A stretch of 64,000 bases of DNA from Trichoplax sp. H2. Taxonomy: Eukaryota. The DNA is taken from positions 496,001 through 560,000 of the forward strand of contig NOWV01000020.1 of NCBI GenBank assembly GCA_003344405.1, written 5' to 3'. Under the pieces are notes generated by a model that was given only the letters and a program-made list of their open reading frames with translations, was not told where the DNA came from and ran no database searches. Below, piece after piece: positions 37,094 to 54,979 of this stretch. Within the stretch, counting starts at the first letter, position 1. Each line of letters starts with the position of its first letter. Made by a program: the position numbers and the translations under genes.

Positions 37094-39988
37094 AAATTAT
37101 TAAAATTCGGTGAGGCTGTGGTTGATAAACTTGGCTTTTACCGAGATTTTTCGCATCTTGATACAAATAGTGCCGAAAAGATAGCCCATTATGATTTGAA
37201 GAGCTTGACAAAGCTGAGAAATGAGTTTACTTTGACCGAATTGGCTGCAAAAATAGAAACATACGCTGTAAAATGTCAAAACACGAGAGAATATCATCTT
37301 CTGATAAATACTTTAATACAGCGTTCCCATAATGATGACGATTGGATGTACGCATACCATACATATAGATATCGTGCGTGGAAGCCTTTGCTAAACAGAA
37401 AGTTTTTACTGACAAATAACAACCGATTGGTTAGTAGTAACCAGGTGTATCTCTATAAAAATGACTATCAAATTTATCCATCTTTCCTTGACTTTGAATT
37501 TATCGATTCATCGATATTAAATCTTGAAAATTCAAGGATATGGTTGGAAAAGCTTGAAGTAAAAGAAATCGATGACGATGTTGTCGTCGAACATTTAATC
37601 CAACGGATTAAAGATACATTTATCACTGAAGAGATATCACTAGAAATCGTGAAATTTTTGTGTCAAGTTAACAACTTCTCAAGTATTACACGTGAAAAAA
37701 TCGATCCATACAAAAATTTAAAATTATTAACTAAAAGTAATTCAATGATAGCAGTTGAAGATTGCTACCTACCATCGGTATTTGATCCTTGCCTAGACCT
37801 TGAAAGTTTAATTAGCAAAGATATTGGATTTCTTTCAGATAAATATTATAGTCTGACCTACAAGAAAAGGAAAATGAAACAATTCTTTAAAAATTTCGGT
37901 GTACCAGATGATTTGCATTTTTATAATGAATCAATTGATTCTGGCATTGTAGTGTCAAGTCGAGTGGATGATTTTAAATTATATCATGACTACATTGAGA
38001 CCATCTGTCCAGCTGGATTTAATCAATCCTACGTATATCCCATAGTTTATCTACCTTATATGAGTTGCTTACGCGAAACTAGGTACGCTGAAGCATTTTT
38101 CCAAAAATTGATGCTGAAGCAAGATATCGTTCAGCAATTGAAAGATTTCAAGATCAATGATAAAAATTGCAATAAAATCTACCACAATGTTAATGCCAAG
38201 CCCTATTTAACATTTATGTTAAACAATACCCCATGCATTAGGGCACAGGATGGCAATTTTTTTCGCATGAAAGATTTCTATGTGACATCAGTTATCAAGC
38301 AATTGGGTGAAGAATTAAGTAGTTTACTGCCTCGAATGCAAACGAAATTCGATAGTACCGATATTAATCTATCCGATGAACTGATGGTTTTATTGGGAGC
38401 ACGCAATCAGTTAAGCGTTCAAGATGCTATTAAGCTCTTACAGCACATCGTTAATATAGAATCGAAAAAATATTTCCAGGCATTTAAAAATCTTTATAAA
38501 GTTATAATCAAATCAAATTGGAATGCAAGTGATTTAACATTATTACGAGGTAGTAACATCAAATTACTAGCTTCAAATGGACAATTACAAGACCCCACAT
38601 TACTTTATTTCATATCGATGATACATCTCCATCTTCAACCCCATCACTCTTTAGTTAAGAAATCTCATGAATTAAATATAGAAGAAATGCAAGCGATATG
38701 CCGATACTTTCAGGTTTCGGTCATTGATGAAGACCAAATTGAAATCAAAAACGGTCAATGCAATATTGATAATAAGATGAAAGAACAAGTTATAAATCTC
38801 TTTAAACTCGCTGCAATAACAGTTGATGGACCGGAAGATGAAAGGAATAAAATATTAACTGAATGGCTAAATATCCTACAGGACATCGACTTTACCGCAG
38901 TTACAAATTTACGCATTGAAAGTGCGTCAGATCAGCGAATTCATTTTCAAGCCAAAGCTATTTACAAGGGTCGACAGCTCCTTTACGATATCCACTATCC
39001 GAATTATTTAGATCGCATTTTAGACATTCTTATCGATTATTTAAAGCCAGCTAATAAAATGAATGCCAAGTATATATTATCTCGGATGGCCAAAATGAAT
39101 TGTGATAAAGAACGTTTGGAATGGCTTGCAGAGAATGATTATGATGTTCAAATAGCAGAAACGTGTAGTTTAAACATAGATCGTAAGATGGACAGTTTAG
39201 ATTCGTCAACTGCAGATATTTTACCAGTTACTACAAATGATACCGTCGATCAGAATACTAGCCAAAATGATGCAATGGCCAATAAAGAAGACTTGGTATC
39301 ACCGTCGGAAGTTTCTACCGTCGATCTTAGCACAGTTATTTTCCAAGAAATTGAAAATACTATAAGTTCATTATCAGAAACAAAATCAATAAGTGATGAT
39401 TTAGCGGAAGACCAACCAATAGAGCAATTAACTAGCTCATCGATAGAAAGTTTTATTCGTGAAATTCTCGTAACATCTCCAAGTAATTTCAATAGTTATT
39501 CCGGCGATAACATCTTCCAGAAAATACGTAGATTCGATCATCATTGGTCTGGCCGTTGGGGAGAGGAATTTGCATATCGCTACTTTAAAGAATATTATAA
39601 GAAAAAATTTTCATCGATTAATCATGAAGAGGAAACTAGTGGCAACTATGTTTTAGCTGGAACTTACGAAAACGGCAAAAATGTTACTATCAAGGTTATT
39701 TGGTGCAACCATAGTATGGAAAGCGGTAAACCTATGGACTTGCAAATTGTTATTGATGATTATAATACGTATATCGAAGTGAAATCAACTTATAAATCAG
39801 AAGATATGTTGGCAAAAATTAGCAAAAATGAATGGCGAGCTATGCGTCATTATGCTGAACAATATGAACTATTTTGTGTCTACAATGCTGGCAAAGCGGA
39901 GCGTGTACGAGTAAGAAAGATCAAAAATCCTGCAGCAAAGCTATATAACGGCGAATTTGTTCCTTCAGCAATGTATCTTAAACTCTAG
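37094..39988 (+). CDS. Same-frame continuation of the sacsin/NOV-like protein, ending in a DUF3883/NOV_C (PD-(D/E)xK-like nuclease) domain; the locus may be a recent pseudogene
   Basis: Open from 37094 in the same frame as 35849. C-terminus GRWGEEFAY..ESGKPMDLQI..YIEVKST..ISKNEW..YELFCVYN matches my recollection of the DUF3883 pattern. Stop at 39986-39988. Confidence 0.8.
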   Translation, partial: KLLKFGEAVVDKLGFYRDFSHLDTNSAEKIAHYDLKSLTKLRNEFTLTELAAKIETYAVKCQNTREYHLLINTLIQRSHNDDDWMYAYHTYRYRAWKPLLNRKFLLTNNNRLVSSNQVYLYKNDYQIYPSFLDFEFIDSSILNLENSRIWLEKLEVKEIDDDVVVEHLIQRIKDTFITEEISLEIVKFLCQVNNFSSITREKIDPYKNLKLLTKSNSMIAVEDCYLPSVFDPCLDLESLISKDIGFLSDKYYSLTYKKRKMKQFFKNFGVPDDLHFYNESIDSGIVVSSRVDDFKLYHDYIETICPAGFNQSYVYPIVYLPYMSCLRETRYAEAFFQKLMLKQDIVQQLKDFKINDKNCNKIYHNVNAKPYLTFMLNNTPCIRAQDGNFFRMKDFYVTSVIKQLGEELSSLLPRMQTKFDSTDINLSDELMVLLGARNQLSVQDAIKLLQHIVNIESKKYFQAFKNLYKVIIKSNWNASDLTLLRGSNIKLLASNGQLQDPTLLYFISMIHLHLQPHHSLVKKSHELNIEEMQAICRYFQVSVIDEDQIEIKNGQCNIDNKMKEQVINLFKLAAITVDGPEDERNKILTEWLNILQDIDFTAVTNLRIESASDQRIHFQAKAIYKGRQLLYDIHYPNYLDRILDILIDYLKPANKMNAKYILSRMAKMNCDKERLEWLAENDYDVQIAETCSLNIDRKMDSLDSSTADILPVTTNDTVDQNTSQNDAMANKEDLVSPSEVSTVDLSTVIFQEIENTISSLSETKSISDDLAEDQPIEQLTSSSIESFIREILVTSPSNFNSYSGDNIFQKIRRFDHHWSGRWGEEFAYRYFKEYYKKKFSSINHEEETSGNYVLAGTYENGKNVTIKVIWCNHSMESGKPMDLQIVIDDYNTYIEVKSTYKSEDMLAKISKNEWRAMRHYAEQYELFCVYNAGKAERVRVRKIKNPAAKLYNGEFVPSAMYLKL

Positions 39989-42900
39989 CCTTGGTAGTAT
40001 CGCCTTATAACAATAGTCATTTGATTTAATTATGGTATCTATTCCATTCGAATGGTTCTATGTTGCATTTATTTTAGAAATCTTCTTCATCTTACTTTTC
40101 CATTACACTGCTCGTCTATACGAAGTTAATTCAATTAAATATGCTTTCAATAGATAGATTTGGCATTGTAGTAGCAATTATGATAACTAGTTATGCTATT
40201 AGATTATAGTAATTAATAGTTTAGTTAAAAAACGGAATATGAACACGATAAGTTTATCTGAGTTCCAATCGGCATAAATTTTAGAATGGAGCCCGCCTTC
40301 GTTTCTTAATGTGCATTATGTACTGCAGTTACTGATTTGTAGACAGACTACGATACTTCGTGGTTAGATTATTTGTTTGTTATTACATTTGCAAGGAATG
40401 CAAGATATAATTTTTCTGAGCTTGTACGGCTAGTTGCCAAACTAATTTTGAATACATTAGAGTAATAATTTCGTCGCTATGATAGAATTCACTAATAGCT
40501 TGAAGATGCTTATAAACAGGTGTTGTAGTTCGATAGGTTGAAGGAAAAGCACAAGAGTTAGCCAGGCCAATTTTCTGTTTGTACAACTCGTTGTAACGTG
40601 TTTTGTTACGTGTGATTCGTATTTAAATAAATATTAAAAAATGTACGTGTGATTTATGAAGAAGCAATAATAAGTTTTTGTAGGGACAGCATTCTAGTAA
40701 AGACATAATTTCTGTAAGGACAGTCTAACTAAAAGAGTAGTCGGAGCTAGATGTCTTGAGAGAAAATAATTTTTTATTAGCCTAGAAAGAGACGGTAATT
40801 TGCAACAATATCATTTACAGCAATTTTGAATTAATATTAGTCTACTTGAAGGTCATGTTTTATGCTAAATTTCGTATACATTATGGGTATAGAATCTACT
40901 CCATTTACTTTAGAACTTTGAAAGCCAACAATCAAAGTTTGTACTTTAAATGGGAATGCAAGATGCCTCATTAAGCGATATCAGCAAGTCTCAGTAACTC
41001 TAGTATGATTAGCTTCGGGTGAGGAATAGCAATCATGCTGGCTTAGGATCCCTTACTTGGAGGAGATTAACTTAATAACTTATTATTAAGTATAAGGCAG
41101 GGTAAGGAAATCCATTGGATAGATTTCGATTGTCGTCTAAGCAGAATTGACCAGGAAGAATTTTGGGCAAGTATGTTTGTCAACATGTTGTCATGAAGGA
41201 TTATAAAAGGCTGACTCATTTGGAAGGAAGTTCAGTCTAAAATCTAGCTGTGTATTGATAAACGTTGATTAAGCTTACTACTGTAATATTTAATAATAGT
41301 TATTAAATCTTAAACTGTTTTATCCACTACAATTGGGAGACAACTTTCATTTCAAACTAATGTTATTATTACCATTACAAGTAGCACAATTTTTAAATTT
41401 TGGAATTCATCATCGATTTTAGTTGCGGGAAAAGTTTCAAGCCTAAAAGTCTATGTTGACTGATATAATAACTTTATGAGTTGTTTAATGAGCCATAATT
41501 GCGTCTAAGCTTAAGGGAATATCTTATGTAGTTTTAGCTTGATTGTCATACTTTATCGCATACATTTTAAAGTTATCATTTTTACTACGGTATTAAAACT
41601 ACGTTATCCTAAGTTTTTTACATGTATCTAGTGAGGAAGCAAACGAATTTTAACTATCGTTGTATTAACATTGGTAGGCGTAATTTAAACTATCCATATA
41701 TCCATAATTTATTCACAACCCCATAATTTTATAATACTTTGAATGCAATTTTGTATGTTTCCGATTTTACTTAAGAATATTTGTGCAATACAATTTTAAG
41801 TAGTCATAAATTGCATTTATTATTAGGGCAAGGCCTTCAAATAGGTAAAAACAATAATCCGTAAATTTATATTTCTTTCCTACGCTACAGATAGGTATAT
41901 GTCAAAATAGTAGGCTTATAATACTTTGACTACAATGTCATTTTAATTGAAATAGTGGCGTAGTAGCAAGGTTACAAGGCTATGCAGATGAAGTAATAAG
42001 CAACTTACAACGACGAGAAGTGGGAAGTAATGTAATGAATTATGAGAGTAGCATTTATAGAAAGAATCATTGCTACTCTCATTACATTTGTCGCATAAGC
42101 ATCGTTTACAGACTATACATTAGACCCGATTGAATCCCTTATAGCTATAATATTGACTTGACATAATTTAAGTTAAATTTAATATCGTTGCAATTATCAT
42201 CATGATTATAATTATCAGAAGAATCTAAAAATTAATTTATGTTTATATTTAATACAACTGATATTTTGATAGTTTTGGGTTTTATTTATAAATCTACTCT
42301 GTGAAAGCAATAAGAAATTACCTCCATGCGTGTAAATATTTATAAGTTGTTCTGAAAATTATTATAATAGCTATTAATGCATTGGTAAAGTGATTAGCCT
42401 CACCATGATGCAAACATGAGCTTTAATAGAAGGAGTTATCGTGTGTCTGAATTTTTTCTTGAATAATCTCAAAATAAGCCAGTAGACAAAATTGCATGAT
42501 TTCATTTTGACCTGTTTAATCCATATTGAAAAATGTATACTTGTATCTGAGTATATATGCTACTTACATAAATCTGATTCATGAAACTATTTTCAAAGAT
42601 GAATAGAGTAACTACATACTCCGATTGATTAATAATATATATTTCAAGATTTATAACAAACTTCTTAAAGAGATTTGTAACAATGATGATACTAAACCCT
42701 ATTCTCTATTTATTCTAACAGGATCCCATACATATGGATAGTTAATAGCACTTCCTATCACATAAGTAAATTGTATACAATACATTTTAATATCAATTAT
42801 TAAACTGTTCGATAGGAAAATGAAGGATACTTATGGTATGTACTACACTGCATGCCGTACTATCGCTATATTTTTCTAACACAAAACTGCTATAATTAGC

Positions 42901-45900
42901 TGAAATCATTACAGGGTATAATTATTGGCTTTAGTTCGAAATTTAAACGTCCAGTTTTATATTAAACATAAATTAAAATAAGTCAGCCGGGCTCACGTAT
43001 AAATTTCAAGCTGATTTTACTCTTGCTATTACCATATAATTTATTTAAGAGCGGAATTGAAATATCTTTTGAATCATAATTATTAATATATCTACTACTA
43101 TTATAAAGACGAATAATACTGATATTACTGATGTTTTACAAAATAGCCACCAATAAGCACACTCGAATGATGAAAATATTTTTGAAACAGGAAATACTTT
43201 TAAGGAGTAACTGCTTAATTGACAACTTACCGTATATTTAGATATTGTTTTATACAACGCTTGCTTAGATGCAATACAAATTTCTTATTCTTATAGTTTA
43301 CAAGAAAAAAACTATTAATAAATGAACATTATGGCTTTTCATAGTATTGTAGCAAAGTCTTTAATCTTCTAGTGTTCATAAAGATATTGGTTGCAACTCC
43401 ATTTATTCCACTCTTTATTATTATAACTACCGCATTAGTGCTGGTTTATTATACTTTATTTCAAATAAATCATAGAATATGTTAGAACATTTATTTAAAA
43501 GATACACAGGGTATTTATATTTGATCTCAACACACCGAGTATAATATATCATATCTAACCGTTTACTGCAAGCTGAGATATAATGAATATACAAAGATCG
43601 CAATTAAGCTAAAGCTATTACGTTATTGACCCAAAAACCAAAATATACATGGTCATTAATGTAGAAAATAACCAAGAAATTTATACTTTTGAATCGTTTA
43701 GATCATCATTAGCGATAGGATATATTCTATAAAATTTAACTAATTAATAATGAATGAATGAACGAAAACCAATACATGTATTCAATCTTGATAGCTAATC
43801 AACCACATCTGCATAATTTTATATTTAAAGGGATCAATATAACTAAGATAATAAATGATAGGCTTGAAAACAACGCTTAAAAAGCAAATTTCAAAATGAT
43901 TCATTAAGGTAGACTTTATATACTCACGCTATTTATTTATAGAATTAATTAACTGCAGTATATCATAGCAGCAAACATGTCAAAGATCACTTAAATTACG
44001 ATAAATTGTCAAAGACGTAAATATTGAAATTATTCTATGAAAATAACGTTGCGTAACAAAAAATTTATACAAATTAATCATGAATCTAACGATGAATGCA
44101 AGTAATATAAAGGTTCCACTCTATAAAAAGCTTGAAATAAGCAATAAAAGTAAGGTGTGCGATAATGAACCGACAAAAATTTATGTTTATATCCATTTTA
44201 TGTAATTAATTCTGTTAGAATCATTGATCCAGGAATGATTAGCAGCATCAAGAAGAAAAGGTTTCATGAATTTGAAAAGATGCTACAGAAACAAAGTCAT
44301 ATGTTAGTAGATTTAAGAATACCTCAGATCAACTAACTCTTGTTCCAAGTAATTAATCAATTATACCACAAAGATCGGTATTCACAAAATTGGCATAATC
44401 AAGATGGATAAGATAAATTGTGTTATATGTGCGAGATGATACAATAATAAATTAATGAATCTTATATGCGTATTCATTCTACTCATGCTATATAAAACTA
44501 ACGATATCAAAATAATTATGAGTTAAAAAAGGATCAACATAGTGTGTGTGAATAAATACAAAATTTAAATAAAGCCATAAAAACAAGACCGGAATCGTCA
44601 AATTAATAAAGACTTTAAATGCTAACATATTCCATCCAATTACTTTATCACACTAAAGCTATTGGTATTGGAACTAGTAGCACATTTATGATGAACAAGA
44701 GACAATAAAACTTGAGATACACAATAATAAGAGGGTAAATAAGATTAAAAATTAATAAAGACTTCACGTAAATCTATGCAATTTACTTATTTACACGGTA
44801 ACAATTAGTAACTCAAAAATCGGCATAAATAAGATAGAAAAATTCAAGACAGGACATAAAAGATAATAAAAACTAACTGATGCAATTATATACATATTAA
44901 TTATCAAATATTCACTCACAATATGCAACTAACCTATTAGCACAGTATAACCAATTCTGAATTAACTAATTAATAAGTTAACAGATTAATATAATTGTGA
45001 TATTTATCAGCGATTCATTAATATTTAAAAGCTATTAGTTATGATACTAACAGTTGTTTATCTCCTCAAAATTGCTAGCTAGTTGTAATTTTTGTGTCTA
45101 CTGAAATAATTCATTTCATTAGTTTTATTAGCAATAGCTGAAACTACATCTGTAACATGGTGGATAAATTAATGTTATTGGTGTCGACATACTAACCTTA
45201 ATTACTTTTAAATCATATATTGAAATTTGAAGGCATACTTATTAATATTTGCCTTTACCGAAAAAAACGATTTCCTGTACTAATTGACTGAATTTGAAAA
45301 TTTAAGCTAGACTCTCACAGCACTATAGATATTATAACAACTATTTACTCGGTTAAAGTATTTAAAGACCAAATTTTAAGGTTATTTTTTACATATAAAC
45401 ACTTTATATATATTGATTGCCTCAATCAATGCATTTTTTACTTTATTTTAGCCCTCAATAAATATCCAAGTGATTTAAAATTCTACAAACTATAAGATTG
45501 ATCAAAATTTTTTTGAAGACAATACTCTAATTAATAACCGTTATCCAATATAGCTAGTGATATACTGATAAGGGCTGAGAATTTTCTAGTTAAGGATAAA
45601 GAAATTTGGCCTCTTTTATTATCACAATTTTTAGAATCTCATGCATACTGATTATTTATCCGAAGATATTGTACTACATAAATGAATCATATCATATGTT
45701 TATTGGTAGTTTTAATTGTTATTTTACTACCTAGTAACAACTAACAAAAAGCAAGAATAGAAAACCCGCAATTCGTCAATCACGCTTTAGTTATTTTTAA
45801 AATTGAGATCTATCCGATATTTGGTTTTTATTAGCCTCCGATTTCAATACCAGATTATTGCAGTTTATTATCAACAGATAGGATTGTATACCGTATAAGG

Positions 45901-46655
45901 AACCTTAAAGTATTTTTCATTAGATCGAGTGCAATAGTATTATATAATTAACCTCGCCAGCTGCAAGTATCAGAAAAAATGCCACATTTTAACAGATTCT
46001 AAGTTCCGCTATAGGAAGTAGCCGTATTCTTCTTTAATATCCACCTAAATAATGATTGATATCTTGAATACGCTTTGTTAAGAATTAATATTTTGGTAAT
46101 TTACCGTTATATGTTAGAAAGAAAGAATTCTATTTGATAAATAGAAATATTTCTTGAACTCGATTAGTTTTACAAATGCAAATTACTTTTCATAAACCTC
46201 TATAGAAATTAGGTCAATTGCTTATTCGATGCCGAGTTTTCATCATGTACAATTGTATTTCGATATGTACAGAGGTCACGATGAGCGAATTTAAAATGTA
46301 ATCGATGTATTCAATGGATTTCCCCTACTTTCTTTAATGCCATCAATACTGTCGGTTTTCTTTTGGTAATAAGTTATGTTGATCAAGTGTTCACTCCGAT
46401 TCTAGACGTACATACTTCAAGTTCAAGACAGAAAATATCTTGAATAAATTACCATGCCGCTTATTTTGACAAGAAATATTTAAAAGATATTGATAAATTC
46501 ATTCTATAACTAAATATTAGTCAATCAAACAATATCTAGAATAGTTTCATAAGTGTAGTCTTGCATTCTGAAGTCTTATTAATAACAGCCATAACATATG
46601 ACGCTATTTCAATGAAAAACAATGCGTAATATAGCTTTAAAATGATTGTATTATA

Positions 46656-46853
46656 TTGCTAGAATAGGTACAGAAGTAACTATCGTCTGGTGATGGATTG
46701 CCTCCAACTCGACGCATAATAAATGTATGGAATGCATTTTTCATAGCGTAGATATTGAAGCCGTCCGATTACTTTTTGAATGGGCCTCGTCTTGTTAGAA
46801 TACGTGCAGCAGTAACTATCGTCTGCTGATGGATTACCTCTAACTCGACGCAT
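46656..46853. repeat. 62-bp imperfect direct repeat (46656-46717 and 46792-46853)
   Basis: ttgctagaataggtacagaagtaactatcgtctggtgatggattgcctccaactcgacgcat vs ttgttagaatacgtgcagcagtaactatcgtctgctgatggattacctctaactcgacgcat; 7 mismatches counted by eye. Confidence 0.85.
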
Positions 46854-47850
46854 GGTCAAGCATTGCTAAAATAGCCTTTCCTTTTTATTAATCCTTTCGC
46901 AGTTCAACTATATACAGACTAGTAAATTTGTAATTTCAATACAGACTGTGCTTAGCTATGCAGTCGCCTTTAGTATACGTTGAATTTGGATGATAATACA
47001 GCATGGTTGGAAAGTCTTAGGAGACTTTGGCGAATCGACCATTTTTATTGGTGCTCATTCAGGTATTGTTGAATGATCGAAATAGAAGCACCCATTTTCA
47101 TAGAAATAGACATTTAAATCTCCCCCAATTTCCCATACACGCTGTATACCATACTATGATGATGCTCAAGATTGAATTTATGCTTACTCACTGCTTACGG
47201 AGGAAATTTACAGCAGTAGTGTACAGTACACTGTACAGTATCGTACGATTTGGGCCACTGTAGTTGAGTGTAGAACAGTACTGTAGAGTAGAGTGACGCA
47301 AGTGGTGTCCATCCATCCAGTCCAGGTGTACCGCATAAAACGAATCAAAGAAAAGAAAGAAACCTCGGTAGTAATTTCAACAGTAAAATACTATGGACTA
47401 CGAAAAGGAAAGAAAGAAGGACGTAAAACGGCCATCAGTGCAAAATTATGTCGAGGCCTATCATTTTTTCCCTTCATTCTACTATACGGTAGCAATGAAA
47501 CCGTCTACCATACTGTCCAAAACCAACTTAGCAGCTCATTTGGATTTCCATCGCGGACAGCAAGTACCTTACGTATACAGTACTGCACAGCAGTGTTTTT
47601 ACACTAGACCGTTGCGATGTTTCAGTGGTACCTATGACGATATTTGGAAGAAAGCTAAACGGTCGGCTTTACCCCTTAATAAAACAGTCTATAGGACTGT
47701 ACCGGTACCGGCATACCTTTGCCTTTGTTTGAGGGCCTTTGTACTGTACAGTCCAGTCCATCATCAGTACAGTACTTTGTCATCGTACTGTACACTGTAC
47801 TAAATTGTACTCTGCAGTCGGCACACCGAGTCATCGGCCATGACGAAATA

Positions 47851-47875
47851 CAGTACAGTACAGTACAGTACAGTA
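47851..47875. repeat. (CAGTA)5 microsatellite about 150 bp upstream of the PSMD2 start codon
   Basis: Five perfect CAGTA units then CTGTA, inside an ACAGT/ACTGT-rich island at about 47205-47945. Confidence 0.93.
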
Positions 47876-48029
47876 CTGTACAGTGTACAGTACAGCCAGA
47901 AGGGGAGCACTGTACACTGTACACTGTGCAGTGTACAGTATATTGCATGCTACGCAGAATCATATCACTTCGTTTCGCTGCGGACGACACAACATCACCT
48001 GTGATATTATCCAATCCAGAAAGGAAAAG

Positions 48030-53917
<5,888 letters not shown>

Positions 53918-54979
53918 TGGAGTGCTCTTTGTTCTACATATGTTCTTATTTGTTACTAGTTTAACATTTTTGGTAAAATTTTAAGAAACTTTTGTTGATG
54001 TAAACCTTTCTTCTATTCTTTATGGCCGACTTTCATTGTATCCAATTATGATGTCCATTTCAAATAATAAAGATTTCGATCATTGCCATAATTATTTTTG
54101 AGTTACACTTGCGTTATATATATATATTACAGTAGCGTAACACATCAACATTCGTTCATGTTATGTTATAATGGTGTCATTAAATTAGTTTCACTGTGAA
54201 TTATCTTCTAAGATCATGAACGGTAGAGTGTACTCGTATGTGGTTATTATTTGAGAAATTATACTTCCCGTGATTGAGTGTAATCGTATTATAATTATAC
54301 TGTAGTAGCGGTACAGCACTCCAGTACTCCGGTATGCTCGCAACGGTTTGAATAACTATAGTACGCAGATAAGCGTTCTGAAAAGATTGTGTAGTAATCC
54401 GTAAATCAAAGAGAGGAAATGATAGGCTTGTGAGATGCAATAGAATTTTTTTTATTTCTTTTTGGCTAGAACAAGTATTCAAGAAAATTCCTTTAAGAAC
54501 ACTTTAATATATGCTGTATAACTTAAGGTATACCATCATATCGAGTTTCCAGACAGCATTTACTTACTATTCGTCAGTAACTATCCATGGACAATATATG
54601 AATCATATCATTTGACACTAATATTACGGTAATAGCGTTGAAAGTAATCCATTTTAAGCTTGGTTAATGCCTGTACTCGTAAGACTATGTTTAGGCAATT
54701 GGTGTATGAATTTATGGATATAAGAAAGACTCGATAACAGTTGTTACTGTAGATTGTCAATGACAAGATTGGATTACAGATGTACACTTTTATTTAGTTG
54801 TCTAGGTGATAGCAATATATTGTATGACTATATATCGTATTACATAGTACTGCATATATATATTATATATATATATATTTACATATAAACAAGATTGGAT
54901 GTAAAGTACAATAATAATAGTAATATTACATAAAACGATGTCGACGTCAGTCCATGAAACAAGATTGGATCAGTTATCT

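Noticed and set aside
35801..39988. Two-gene bacterial operon or contaminant contig
   Set aside because: Both ORFs share one frame and form one known domain architecture, there are no neighbouring prokaryotic genes, and a spliceosomal acceptor precedes the ATG. Misassembly still needs a read check.
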